NCBI GenBank assembly: GCA_950097015.1
Contig: CATNEN010000002.1
Coordinates: 8,742,001-8,806,000 of the forward strand
Source: Macrostomum hystrix
Taxonomy: Eukaryota > Animalia > Platyhelminthes
Direction: 5' to 3'
DNA length: 64,000 bases
Both the position numbers and the translations under genes were made by a program. Positions 46,901 through 60,455 of the stretch are shown here, one piece after another. Position 1 is the stretch's first letter; each line of letters begins with the position of its first letter. The notes under the pieces are model-generated. The model was not told the DNA's origin, did no database searches, and worked only from the letters and a program-made list of their open reading frames with translations.

Positions 46901-48150
46901 CTGATTCCGCCAGCTGGAGCTGCTCAACGTGAGTCCCGAGTAAAATAAGTCACTTTTTTTCTTTAATTTGCTTTTGTCTGCGTCTGACAAATTCTCAAAG
47001 GCTTTTACTTAATCCTGGGGCCTTCCGTGCCGTTAAAAAACAAACAGCTGAGCATAATAGGGAGTGTGATACTCAATTCAACTCGACGAATTCTGTTTTG
47101 CCCAAGGGCTCCGTCAGCTGCTGCTGCTGCTGCTGCTGTTCATTCCCAACTCTCACAATTGGCTGCCCCCAAGCGGTCCGCAGCAGCAGCGCTGATAGCA
47201 AATTACTGGCCAGTTTTTGCTGATGAAGAATAACAAACAAAAGCATCGCCAACGGGCAGTTATGAGGCTGAGCACAGGGGGTGTAAATGAAATTGTTTCA
47301 GCTCCCTGCACCGGCAACACTGGCCCGGAGGCTGCCACGGCCGCAGCGCTGAAACAACTGAAGGCCGTGTTTTTTAACAAACCAATTTGCAGTTTGTTTG
47401 ACCGAGCTCGAATCCGGCGCCTATGAGGAAAAGAGGAAAAACTGTGAAAAGCAATTTTTCATCCCGGCAAAACACCGAAGCCGGGCCTTATCTGCTTCTT
47501 CAAACTTTATTTGATCAGAGAGTTGCCGACGGGCTCCGAAAAGCATTCGATTCCGTCAAGTGAAAATAAAGAGAGACTGAAAAGTTGAGGAGGCGATAAG
47601 TGGGGTGGCTGCCGCCTCTGCTGCTGCTGCTGCTGATGCTGCTGGATGAAATTGATTTTCTGTTTGACTGACCAGCACCACCCCGATGTAAATTTGTGTT
47701 TGCTCAAGCAGTGGTCGCTGATGAAAAATGGTAATTCCTTCAGCTTTGAGCTATGGCAGGCAGTAGCGAAAACTCAAAGTTGCTTCAACAAACTCGGCTC
47801 GAGTGCTTGTTAGACATAAAATTCACTTGGAGCGCCGAAATCCAGCTGAGCCTGGAAATCAACGCCTTCATTAATCGACTCTCTCTGATCTGTGATTTAC
47901 GCCAAATCTGACACTTGAAGAACAAACAAAGCGTTTTTAGCCAAGCAGCTATCAGTTTGGGCCCGCAGCTTTCTGACAGAACTGATTTTACTGGTGTGAA
48001 GCCGCTTGTAGCAGCTTCTGCAACAGCTTTTCAAAATTTCAGCGCGTTTCTCGTCCAGGACGCCAGCTCCAGATATACATTGTGCCTGCTTCCCCTACTA
48101 CACTTGGTTAGGACACCCTCCCTGTATTACGGGTTAAAGTCTTCAAAGCG

Positions 48151-51100
48151 GTAGAGACACCCTGTCCTCAAGGATGTAGAGACACCCGGTCTTCAAGGAT
48201 GTAGAGACACCCTGTCCTCAAGGATGTAGAGACACCCGGTCTTCAAGGAGGTAGAGACACCCTGTCCTCAAGGATGTAGAGACACCCTGTCCTCAAGGAG
48301 GTAGAGACACCCTGTCCTCGAGGATGTAGAGACACCCTCTCTTCAAGGATGTAAAGACACCCTGTCCTCGAGGATGTAGAGACACCCTCTCTTCAAGGAT
48401 GTAAAGACACCCTGTCCTCGAGGATGTAGAGACACCCTCTCTTCAAGGATGTAAAGACACCCTGTCCTCAAGAAGATAGAGACACCCTGTCCTCAAGGAT
48501 GTAGAGACACCCTGTCCTCAAGGATGTAGAGACACCCTCTCTTCAAGGAGGTAGAGACACCCTGTCCTCAAGAAGATAGAGACACCCTGTCCTCAAGGAT
48601 GTAGAGACACCCTGTCCTCAAGGATGTAGAGACACCCTGTCCTCAAGGATGTAGAGACACCCTGTCCTCAAGGATGTAGAGACACCCTGTCCTCAAGGAT
48701 GTAGAGACACCCTGTCCTCAAGGATGTAGAGACACCCGGTCTTCAAGGAGGTAGAGACACACTGTCCTCGAGGATATAGAGACACCCTCTCTTCAAGGAT
48801 GTAAAGACACCCTGTCCTCGAGGATGTAGAGACACCCTCTCTTCAAGGATGTAAAGACACCCTGTCCTCGAGGATGTAGAGACACCCTCTCTTCAAGGAT
48901 GTAAAGACACCCTGTCCTCGAGGATGTAGAGACACCCTCTCTTCAAGGATGTAAAGACACCCTGTCCTCAAGAAGATAGAGACACCCTGTCCTCAAGGAT
49001 GTAGAGACACCCTGTCCTCAAGGATGTAGAGACACCCTCTCTTCAAGGAGGTAGAGACACCCTGTCCTCAAGAAGATAGAGACACCCTGTCCTCAAGGAT
49101 GTAGAGACACCCTGTCCTCAAGGATGTAGAGACACCCTGTCCTCAAGGATGTAGAGACACCCTGTCTTCAAGGATGTAGAGACACCCGCTCTTCAAGGAT
49201 GTAGAGACACCCGGTCTTCAAGGATGTAGAGACACCCTGTCCTCAAGGATGTAGAGACACCCGGTCTTCAAGGATGTAGAGACACCCTGTCCTCAAGGAT
49301 GTAGAGATACCCTCTCTTCAAGGATGTATAGACACCCTGTCCTCAAGGATGTAGAGACACCCGGTCTTCAAAGATGTAGAGACACCCTGTCCTCGAGGAT
49401 ATAGAGACACCCTCTCTTCAAGGATGTAAAGACACCCTGTCCTCAAGAAGATAGAGACACCCTGTCCTCAAGGATGTAGAGACACCCTGTCCTCAAGGAT
49501 GTAGAGACACCCGGTCTTCAAAGATGTAGAGACACCCGGTCTTCAAGGATGTAGAGACACCCTGTCCTCAATAAGATAGAGACACCCTGTCCTCAAGGAT
49601 GTAGAGACACCCGGTCTTCAAGGAGGTAGAGACACACTGTCCTCGAGGATATAGAGACACCCTCTCTTCAAGGATGTAAAGACACCCTGTCCTCAAGAAG
49701 ATAGAGACACCCTGTCCTCAAGGATGTAGAGACACCCTGTCCTCAAGGATGTAGAGACACCCGGTCTTCAAAGATGTAGAGACACCCGGTCTTCAAGGAT
49801 GTAGAGACACCCTGTCCTCAATAAGATAGAGACACCCTGTCCTCAAGGATGTAGAGACACCCGGTCTTCAAGGAGGTAGAGACACACTGTCCTCGAGGAT
49901 ATAGAGACACCCTCTCTTCAAGGATGTAAAGACACCCTGTCCTCGAGGATGTAGAGACACCCTCTCTTCAAGGATGTAAAGACACCCTGTCCTCGAGGAT
50001 GTAGAGACACCCTCTCTTCAAGGATGTAAAGACACCCTGTCCTCGAGGATGTAGAGACACCCTCTCTTCAAGGATGTAAAGACACCCTGTCCTCAAGAAG
50101 ATAGAGACACCCTGTCCTCAAGGATGTAGAGACACCCTGTCCTCAAGGATGTAGAGACACCCTCTCTTCAAGGAGGTAGAGACACCCTGTCCTCAAGAAG
50201 ATAGAGACACCCTGTCCTCAAGGATGTAGAGACACCCTGTCCTCAAGGATGTAGAGACACCCTGTCCTCAAGGATGTAGAGACACCCTGTCCTCAAGGAT
50301 GTAGAGACACCCTGTCCTCAAGGATGTAGAGACACCCTGTCCTCAAGGATGTAGAGACACCCGGTCTTCAAGGAGGTAGAGACACACTGTCCTCGAGGAT
50401 ATAGAGACACCCTCTCTTCAAGGATGTAAAGACACCCTGTCCTCGAGGATGTAGAGACACCCTCTCTTCAAGGATGTAAAGACACCCTGTCCTCGAGGAT
50501 GTAGAGACACCCTCTCTTCAAGGATGTAAAGGCACCCTGTCCTCGAGGATGTAGAGACACCCTCTCTTCAAGGATGTAAAGACACCCTGTCCTCAAGAAG
50601 ATAGAGACACCCTGTCCTCAAGGATGTAGAGACACCCTGTCCTCAAGGATGTAGAGACACCCTCTCTTCAAGGAGGTAGAGACACCCTGTCCTCAAGAAG
50701 ATAGAGACACCCTGTCCTCAAGGATGTAGAGACACCCTGTCCTCAAGGATGTAGAGACACCCTGTCCTCAAGGATGTAGAGACACCCTGTCCTCAAGGAT
50801 GTAGAGACACCCTGTCCTCAAGGATGTAGAGACACCCTGTCCTCAAGGATGTAGAGACACCCGGTCTTCAAGGATGTAGAGACACCCTGTCCTCAAGGAT
50901 GTAGAGACACCCGGTCTTCAAGGAGGTAGAGACACACTGTCCTCGAGGATATAGAGACACCCTCTCTTCAAGGATGTAAAGACACCCTGTCCTCGAGGAT
51001 GTAGAGACACCCTCTCTTCAAGGATGTAAAGACACCCTGTCCTCGAGGATGTAGAGACACCCTCTCTTCAAGGATGTAAAGGCACCCTGTCCTCGAGGAT

Positions 51101-52194
51101 GTAGAGACACCCTCTCTTCAAGGATGTAAAGACACCCTGTCCTCAAGAAGATAGAGACACCCTGTCCTCAAGGATGTAGAGACACCCTGTCCTCAAGGAT
51201 GTAGAGACACCCTCTCTTCAAGGAGGTAGAGACACCCTGTCCTCAAGAAGATAGAGACACCCTGTCCTCAAGGATGTAGAGACACCCTGTCCTCAAGGAT
51301 GTAGAGACACCCTGTCCTCAAGGATGTAGAGACACCCTGTCCTCAAGGATGTAGAGACACCCTGTCCTCAAGGATGTAGAGACACCCTGTCCTCAAGGAT
51401 GTAGAGACACCCGGTCTTCAAGGATGTAGAGACACCCTGTCCTCAAGGATGTAGAGACACCCGGTCTTCAAGGAGGTAGAGACACACTGTCCTCGAGGAT
51501 ATAGAGACACCCTCTCTTCAAGGATGTAAAGACACCCTGTCCTCGAGGATGTAGAGACACCCTCTCTTCAAGGATGTAAAGACACCCTGTCCTCGAGGAT
51601 GTAGAGACACCCTCTCTTCAAGGATGTAAAGACACCCTGTCCTCGAGGATGTAGAGACACCCTCTCTTCAAGGATGTAAAGACACCCTGTCCTCAAGAAG
51701 ATAGAGACACCCTGTCCTCAAGGATGTAGAGACACCCTGTCCTCAAGGATGTAGAGACACCCTCTCTTCAAGGAGGTAGAGACACCCTGTCCTCAAGAAG
51801 ATAGAGACACCCTGTCCTCAAGGATGTAGAGACACCCTGTCCTCAAGGATGTAGAGACACCCTGTCCTCAAGGATGTAGAGACACCCTGTCTTCAAGGAT
51901 GTAGAGACACCCGGTCTTCAAAGATGTAGAGACACCCTGTCCTCGAGGATATAGAGACACCCTCTCTTCAAGGATGTAAAGACACCCTGTCCTCAAGAAG
52001 ATAGAGACACCCTGTCCTCAAGGATGTAGAGACACCCTGTCCTCAAGGATGTAGAGACACCCGGTCTTCAAAGATGTAGAGACACCCTGTCCTCAAGGAT
52101 GTAGAGACACCCGGTCTTCAAAGATGTAGAGACACCCTGTCTTCAAGGATGTAGAGACACCCTGTCCTCAAGGAGGTAGAGACCCCCTGTCTTC
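48151..52194. repeat. 25-bp satellite (gtagagacaccctgtcctcaaggat)n, ~160 units, with higher-order structure
   Basis: The variant gacacactgt recurs at 48756, 49631, 49881, 50381, 50931 and 51481; the last intervals are 500, 550 and 550 bp. Confidence 0.97.
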
Positions 52195-52664
52195 TAGGCT
52201 GGCAAGTCTTTAAGAAATTCGCGAACCGCCAAAGCAGTATAACTCTGTCGCAGGATTTTGACAATCCGCCCGAGCCGCCTGTCTTACTGTCAGTTTCTTG
52301 TAAAAAGCATTTTAAATTCGCGCCACTGTCCTGTCAAAACTGCGAAGCTTAGCCGGCTGCTGCGACCGATCAATAATCTCGAGGATTTGCTGGCGTCTGT
52401 CACTTGTTCAACTAGACGGCGGTGCTTGATAAATGGGGATCTGGGATGGATTATTGCCGCTTGAGTCCACCGAATTTGCATTCCGCTTGTGAGATTTTCT
52501 GAATCACAAAGTTGACTGAATTTAAAACGAAAAAAACTCGATTAAAGGGCCACAAAACGGGCTGCATGCAGGACAGAAACATTTGGCAAGACTGCGTTAG
52601 AAATGAGGAATTCTAAGTGAGGCTTCGATGATTACAGATGGCAAGGATAGCGAATGCTAAGGTG

Positions 52665-53910
52665 AGAAGGTTCAGGGGAGAGATTCAGGGGAGAGATTCA
52701 GGAGTAAAAAGGTTCAGGGGAAGAAGCAGTATAGTGGAGAGATTCAGGAGTAAAAAGGTTCAGGGGAAGAAGCAGTATAGTGGAGAGATTCAGGAGTAAA
52801 AAGGTTCAGGGGAAGAAGGTTCTGGGGAAGAAGGTTCAGGGGAAGAAGCTTCAGGGGAAGAAGGTTCAGGGGAAGAAGGTTCAGGGGAAGAAGGTTCAGG
52901 GGAAGAAGGTTCAGGGGAAGAAGGTTCAGTGGAGAGATTCAGGAGTAAAAAGGTTCAGGGGAAGAAGGTTCAGGGGAAGAAGGTTCAGTGGAGAGATTCA
53001 GGAGTAAAAAGGTTCAGGGGAAGAAGGTTCAGGGGAAGAAGGTTCAGTGGAGAGATTCAGGAGTAAAAAGGTTCATGGTAAGAAGGTTCAGGGGAAGAAG
53101 GTTCACAAGAAGAATGTTCAGGGGAAGAAGGTTCAGTGGATAGATTCAGGAGTAAAAAGGTTCAGGGGAAGAAGGTTCAGGGGAAGAAGGTTCAGTGGAT
53201 AGATTCAGGAGTAAAATGGTTCAGGGGAAGAAGGTTCAGGGGAAGAAGGTTCAGGGGAAGAAGGTTCAGGGGAAGAAGGTTCAGTGGAGAGATTCAGGAG
53301 TAAAAAGGTTCAGGGGAAGAAGGTTCAGGGGAAGAAGGTTCAGGGGAAGAAGGTTCAGTGGATAGATTCAGGAGTAAAATGGTTCAGGGGAAGAAGGTTC
53401 AGGGGAAGAAGGTTCAGGGGAAGAAGGTTCAGGGGAAGAAGGTTCAGGGGAAGAAGGTTCAGGGGAAGAATGTTCAGTGGATAGATTCAGGAGTAAAAAG
53501 GTTCAGGGGAAGAAGGTTCAGGGGAAGAAGGTTCAGTGGATAAATTCAGGAGTAAAAAGGTTCAGGGGAAGAAGGTTCAGGGGAAGAAGGTTCAGTGGAG
53601 AGATTCAGGAGTAAAAAGGTTCAGGGGAAGAAGGTTCAGGGGAAGAAGGTTCAGGGGAAGAAGGTTCAGGGGAAGAAGGTTCAGTGGATAGATTCAGGAG
53701 TAAAAAGGTTCAGGGGAAGAAGGTTCAGGGGAAGAAGGTTCATGGGAAGAAGGTTCAGGGGAAGAAGGTTCAGGGGAAGAAGGTTCAGGGGAAGAAGGTT
53801 CAGAGGAAGAAGGTTCAGGGGAAGAAGATTCAGGGGAAGAAGGTTCACGAGAAGAAGGTTCAGGGGAAGAAGGTTCAGGGGGAAAAGGTTCAGGGGATGA
53901 AGGTTCAGGG
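52665..53910. repeat. 15-bp minisatellite (ggttcaggggaagaa)n with interspersed gtggagagattcaggagtaaaaa units
   Basis: Tandem units are directly visible. Confidence 0.95.
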
Positions 53911-54664
53911 GAATGTTGACTTTGCTGTTGCTGTGGACAATACGAGGCCGAGGTCTGAGCCGAGTGTTGGAGTGAGTGAAATCCTTAGCGTAGAAAACTC
54001 GCAAATCCCATTGAAATTGTCCCTCCTAGAGGCTCAAAGCCCCCCTACCACAACTTCCCCAACCGCTGAGATCGTCAGCGACGAAAACAAATTTCTGAGA
54101 AGCTTTAGAAATCCACAAAATTTTGTCTACCACAGACTCCTGAGCCCTCGAAATTTGTTCGAGATGGAAAATAGTGCGCGCAAGCAATCACAATGCGTCC
54201 ATTTCATCTGGTGATTTAGTGGTGTTTAGAGCTAGCGCAACTCTCCGCCGCGAGGCCAGCTTCTCGTGTTTCAGCAGGCCCCTCCTTAGTATTCATGGAA
54301 TCGGGGCAGGGCCACGCTCCGCCTAGCATTAAAAATGTGTCACTTGATAATCCTGAAATTCCGCGACTTATTACAAACATCGATGCATCATTTTTCCTTT
54401 TGATTTTCTAAGGATTATCTGGGCGGCGTCAAATTTATGAAAAATATGCAAATTTTGGACACGGACCCGCGAGCCGGCGGGCCGGCCGAGTTTCTCAGTC
54501 CTCAGCTCAACTTCTAGGGGATTTTTTGGCAGCTACTTGTTTAAAAATTTGACTTGCTCATGATCATTGCAGCTCACAGTCTCCATGGTGGCTTTGATTT
54601 GTCTCGAAACTGGCTTACCGCAGGGCAGGGTCTCGTCCCCTCCCGATGTCGACTTAAGAGATTC

Positions 54665-54890
54665 GAACTTGGGATTTTATACTTGAAGGACAAGGGTTCG
54701 ATTCCCGACTCCACTGCAATAATTAGTGTGCTTTAGCCGCGGAGAGAAGGCTTTTGGGCTTGTTGTGCAATTTACGCCCTTTAGGGCCAACCGCCAAGGC
54801 TCAGTGAAAGTGTACGCTGACTGACGTAGTCAGGGCAGATTTAAACTTTGGGTGGGCGTGTACACAGCCTTTGGAAGCCTAGGCTGCGAC
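54665..54890 (+). mobile_element. Divergent SINE copy or related subfamily
   Basis: A canonical B-box (gggttcgattccc) is followed by agccgcggagagaaggcttttgggcttgttgtgcaatttacgccct...cagtgaaagtgtac...gtcagggcagat, which matches the SINE body. Confidence 0.6.
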
Positions 54891-55074
54891 ACTAGAAATA
54901 CCATGACATATGTCTATGGTAAAGATCCACACATGACATACCCACAGATGACACTTCATTTCAGCTTTCTATGGTCTGAAGTTCTGAAGTTCTACGCTCT
55001 GAAGTACTTCTAATATACTTAAAAGTATATTTCGGGTTTTATAATACTTAAGTTTTAACACCCGAAGTATCCAT

Positions 55075-55315
55075 TCTTGAGTTTCCGATCCCGAAGTTTC
55101 CATTCCTGAAGTTTACATTCTTGAGTTTTCAACCCTAAAGTTTCCATTCCTGAAGTTTCCATTCCTGAATTTTCCATTCCTCAAGTTTCCATTCCTGACG
55201 TTTCTATTCCTGAAGTTTCTATTCCTGAGGTTTCCATTCCTGAGGTTTCCATTCCCAAAGTTTCCATTCCTGAGATTTCCATTCCTGCAGTTTATGATCC
55301 TGAAGTTTTCATTCC
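55075..55315. repeat. 15-bp minisatellite (tttccattcctgaag)n
   Basis: Degenerate tandem units. Confidence 0.85.
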
Positions 55316-56085
55316 TTTCGTCTGTTAAATTTCTCTTGACAAAAAGATTCCTAAAAAATGTTTCTAAAATGTTTCTCAAAGCCTTCAGAGGGCAGCCATC
55401 GATTTAAAACCGCGAGTCTGTTCAAAGTAAATTTGGAATTTTCAGATGGCCGAGAAATTTTGCCTTCGAATTTCTTGGCAGCAATTTTTGTGTCTCCGAA
55501 TTTGTTTTAGAAAGGCAGAAGAAAAAAATCAATGAAAGTTCGGCTGGACGCTGGGGTGGGTGGTTGCCGCCCAGTTTCTAGGGGAGGGGGCGGACACAGC
55601 TGATTAAAAACGGCTCGCAGAGGATTTGCTTGAGGAGGCAGATTTTAATCTGACAAGCAGGCAGAGAAAAGAGGATTAGAGAGGCCAAAACTTGCCAGTG
55701 CCTGGCGCGCCAGTTTTTCTGCCATTTCTGGCCCCCTGCTCGGGAATGGGATAATTTCACCTCATTCGACCATCGGCTCCCCCAGTCCCCACATTTTTTC
55801 CAGGAAAAGCTGGTCGATGAAACTACATTTGGCGGAGGCTGGGGCGGGTGTCGAGGCGAGGGGGGCTGAATTTCATATTAATCCGCATCTCAGGCTCCGT
55901 GCGTGCTGCTAAATTCGGCAGCGGCTAATGGTGGGCAGCGGCGAGTGTCCGTTGGGGTGGCGACATTTTTTAAAAGAATATAATTTATGCATAAGCGCTC
56001 GAGCAGATGATGCGTTTTAATAAGCTGGCGAAGGTGGCCAGCTCAGGGCCAGGGCTAACTTATCGATTATCACTGAGTAGTAGCG

Positions 56086-56410
56086 AGTAACGAGTAGCGA
56101 GTAACGAGTAGCGAGTAACGAGTAGCGAGTAACGAGTAGCGAGTAACGAGTAGCGAGTAATGAGTAGCGAGTAACGAGTAGCGAGTAACGAGTAGCGAGT
56201 AACGAGTAGCGAGTAACGAGTAGCGAGTAACGAGTAGCTAGTAACGAGTAGTGAGTAACGAGTAGCGAGTAGCGAGTAGCGAGTAACGAGTAGCGAGTAA
56301 CGAGTAGCGAGTAGCGAGTAGCGAGTAAAGAGTAGCGAGTAAAGAGTAGCGAGTAACGAGTAACGAGTAACGATTAACGAGTAGCCAGTAACGAATAATG
56401 AGTAACGAGA
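56086..56410. repeat. 7/14-bp minisatellite (gagtagcgagtaac)n
   Basis: Tandem units are directly visible. Confidence 0.95.
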
Positions 56411-57271
56411 ATATTTCGAATATTATAATCTAACGAAGGATTAGAAACGGTATAGTTTAACGATTTAAATCAACGTTTTGCCCAAGAGGCAGAAAATCTA
56501 ACGCGCAGTAACTTTTTTATTAATGATAAAATCAACGATTTAAACTGAGTTTAACGCTCTTCAAAAGGAGATCACAGCCTTTCGGGTCGTCGCATCGCTC
56601 CGAAATCGCTCTTGAACCCTCACGGCTCCCCCCCAAATCTCTCTCAAGTCCCAAAAATTTCTCCCAGCCGATCTCAAGGAAAAAAATCTTTTAAAAAATG
56701 AAAAAGAAGATTTCTTCAGCCGATTTCTTGAAACTGCAGCGGGCCGGGCGGGACCCACCGAAGGGGAGAAAATGATGACGATGATTTTGTGAGAAAATTT
56801 AATCTTCCTCAGAGAGACGGACAGGGGCCGAGGCGGCAGGTCCGAGGCTCCAGAAAAAAGCGATTCAATTTGAAGTGTCGGAGGGGGAGCTGGCGGAGAT
56901 AAAAGAGGCCGGGCTGGGTTGGAGGCAGATTATGCAAATCTCTGGGCATCTCCCAGCCGCAATTTTCCAGCCCTTTATTCAGCGGACACACGTGGCTCTA
57001 AAATTTAATTTCTTAAAAAGGCGCGGGGTTTGCGGCTTGCCCGCGAGAAACTGCGACGCCGGGCCGTTGGAGGGGCTTTAAAAATATCGATTTTCCTTCG
57101 TACAACTTTTTCTTCTCTTTTTCTCAGAACTCGCCCAGTTTGACAGACTCATTAGGGCACCGACTCATCCGCTAGCATGGGGAACTCGGAGCCTTGGGAT
57201 CCACCAGCTTTGTCTCTGCCTGAGCATCCGCTTCCCCTGCGCTACGGACTACACCAGCATCTTCTGCATTG

Positions 57272-57948
57272 TAACCTAATCCTCTACCCCTCTCCCAATG
57301 GACCCTAATCCTCTACCCCATCCCATTGGACCCTAATCCTCTACCCCTCTCCCAATGGACCCTAATCCTCTACCCCTCTCCCAATGGACCCTAATCCTCT
57401 ACCCCTCTCCCAATGGACCCTAATCCTCTACCCCATCCCATTGTACCCTAATCCTCTACCCCATCCCATTGTACCCTAATCCCGCTACCCTAATCCCGCT
57501 ACCCTAATCCCACTACCCTAATCCTCTACCCCATCCCATTGCACCCTAATCCTCTACCCCTCTCCCAATGGACCCTAATCCTCTACCCCATCCCATTGCA
57601 CCCTAATCGTCTACCCCTCTCCCAATGGACCCTAATCCTCTACGCCATCCCATTGTACCCTAATCCCGCTACCCTAATCCCACTACCCTAATCCCACTAC
57701 CCTAATCCTCTACCCCATCCCATTGCACCCTAATCCTCTACCCCTCTCCCAATGGACCCTAATCCTCTACCCCATCCCATTGTACCCTAATCACACTACC
57801 CTAATCCCACTATCCTAATCACACTACCCTAATCCCACTACCCTAATCCCACTACCCTAATCCCACTACCCTAATCCCACTACCCTAATCCCACTACCCT
57901 AATCCCACTACCCTAATCCCACTACCCTAACCCCACTACCCTAATCCC
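57272..57948. repeat. Composite 28/29-bp and 14-bp minisatellite containing CCCTAA
   Basis: accctaatcctctacccctctcccaatgg units grade into (taccctaatcccac)n. Confidence 0.9.
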
Positions 57949-58679
57949 AGAAAAAATGTCCACGCCTTTCTTCCAAAACCCTATTCCCAAAAACCAAATC
58001 CCACACCCCAAATCCAACTACCTAATCCCTCAACTCTAATCCCACCACCGACTAGCCGAATCCCAATGCCCCACTCCCACCAGTTCTCTTCCCGTAGCTG
58101 TCCATCTTTAGTTCTAATCAGTTTCAGCATTTTAATCACAAAATTTTCTGGCACAGCATATCGTTCTAGTTCTGGTCGGTTATATTAAGAAAATGCTGAT
58201 GGGCAGACAGACAGCTAGCAATGGGGATTAGAGGGGCTGGTTTAGGGATCTGAAATGCTGCGACAAGCCAGCGAGTCAAGTGCTGGTCCCCCGGAGTCTC
58301 CGGGACTGATTAAAATTCCAAATCAGATGTGAAGGAATGACCCTTGAAGCCCGCTCAGAGGCTCTCAACCTCAGCTGTGTGCTCATGTGTGAATCAAATT
58401 GCATCGCTGAGCCATCCGAGTTCATAACCATCATTATCTGCGCTTCCACCTCTCGCCCGTCCACTTGGCTGCCAGGTGGGCCTAGCCGGTCAACCGAACA
58501 CGACTGCTTTTCATTTCTAAGAAACCGAACGGAAAGATAAAAAAGCAGGCCGAGTTTTTTTAAGCGAAGACAAACGAGATTAGGGAAAACTCATCCGCAT
58601 CAACTTGAGTAGCCACTTCTGAGACTGCTCAACACGACAGGAGTTGCATCTCAATTTGATCACCTTCTCAATTCCTGAG

Positions 58680-58950
58680 AAGGAATTAGCAAATGGTTTG
58701 CTAATCTATTCTTTAAGATTAAGGAATGGATTGCTAATCTATTCTAGAAGATTAAGGAATGGATTGCTAATCTATTCTAGAAGATTAAGGAATGGATTGC
58801 TAATCTATTCTAGAAGATTAAGGAATGGATTGCTAATCTATTCTAGAAGATTAAGGAATGGATTGCTAATCTATTCTAGAAGATTAAGGAATGGATTGCT
58901 AATCTATTCTAGAAGATTAAGGAATGGATTGCTAATCTATTCAAGCAGAT
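58680..58950. repeat. 33-bp minisatellite (aggaatggattgctaatctattctagaagatta)n
   Basis: About 8 units. Confidence 0.95.
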
Positions 58951-59774
58951 TAAGGAGCAGAATGATGGGTACATTGTAGGTAAATCCATCAGCCAGTTTG
59001 TCTTTCATTTCTTTGCTATTTTATTATTCCAAAAGCGATTTGTCAGAAATCTGGGGGCTTTCAACTTGGAACGATAAACAAAGTAAGGAAAATGAAAAAT
59101 AAATGACGACACGAGGAGGCAGATTTGAACGCAGGATAAATAAGCAGCCCCGCTGCCAAACCCCCGCACAAATTAATGGGAAAATAAAAACAGGCAATCA
59201 CCAACCGCTGATAAAGAAATAAAGGAATCAAGATTTGGCTGGATGGGATAATGCGGCCGGTGCATTACGGGAAATGTACAAATCCGGTTCGTAAATCAAA
59301 ATTCTTTCTCCGCCCCTGCCCGGCCTCCAGTTGTCCGAAATCGCTTGCGGATATAATTTTTCTTTTTCTTTTTAAATTTGCACAACAAATGGAAAGTGGT
59401 GGCCGCTCGATTTATCAACGCTGCTGAGTGCAGGAAGCGGCTTTGAGTCGAGTCGAGACTCGAGCATAAAAACAGGAAAATCACGGCCCTCCGCTTTTTA
59501 GCGCTCTGAGAAACGAGAAATTGAGGAGCCAGTTTTTTTCAACGTAGATTTGATTATCCTTCCTGAAGAAGCTTTTAGGGTTTTGTCTGATCATGCTGGA
59601 GTGATTAAACGACTGGATTTATATTTCACCTGCTAATAAATGCTGAAGGTTGACCGCCATCTTTTATAGGGCGTTTTCGGCCCTCATAAATCGGATTTAT
59701 ATTGCTTCCGATCAGGCGATTCTCGTGATCTTAAGCTCGTCTCTCATTTTACAGTTCGTTGAGGTCCTTCGTTC

Positions 59775-60455
59775 TTCGAGGTCCTGAGTTCTTGGAGGTC
59801 CTGAGTTCTTGAAGGTGCTGAGTTCTTGGAGGTCCTGAGTTCTTGGAGGTCCTGAGTTCTTGGAGGTCCTGAGTTCTTAGAGTTCATGAGTTCTTGGAGG
59901 TCCTGAGTTCTTGGAGGTCCTGAGTTCTTAGAGTTCATGAGTTCTTGGAGGGTTCTAAGTTCTTGGAGGTTCTGAGTTCTTGGAGGTCCTGAGTTCGTGG
60001 AGGTCCTGAGTTCTTGGAGGACCTGAGTTCTTGGAGGACCTGAGTTCTTGGAGGACCTGAGTTCTTGGAGGACCTGAGTTCTTGGAGGACCTGAGTTCTT
60101 GGAGGACCTGAGTTCTTGGAGGACCTGAGTTCTTGGAGGACCTGAGTTCTTGGAGGACCTGAGTTCTTGGAGGACCTGAGTTCTTGGAGGACCTGAGTTC
60201 TTGGAGGACCTGAGTTCTTGGAGGACCTGAGTTCTTGGAGGACCTGAGTTCTTGGAGGACCTGAGTTCTTGGAGGACCTGAGTTCTTGGAGGACCTGAGT
60301 TCTTGGAGGACCTGAGTTCTTGGAGGACCTGAGTTCTTAGATTTCATGAGTTCTTGGAGGACCTGAGTTCTTAGATTTCATGAGTTCTTAGATTTCATGA
60401 GTTCTTAGATTTCATGAGTTCTTAGAGGTCCTGAGTTCTTGGAAGTCCCGAGGTC
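59775..60455. repeat. 17-bp minisatellite (gagttcttggagg[a/t]cct)n
   Basis: About 40 units. Confidence 0.95.

Noticed and set aside
47507-47707. Poly-Q-containing ORF
   Set aside because: It arises from a short CTG/CAG microsatellite, with no other coding evidence.
48151-52194. CRISPR array (25-bp repeats)
   Set aside because: The units are head-to-tail with no unique spacers, there are no cas genes, and the context is eukaryotic.
57128-57270. Possible exon (strong polypyrimidine acceptor; MGNSEPWDPPALSLPEHPLPLRYGLHQHLLH then gtaacc)
   Set aside because: I could not link it to other exons or recognise a protein. It is plausible but unsupported.
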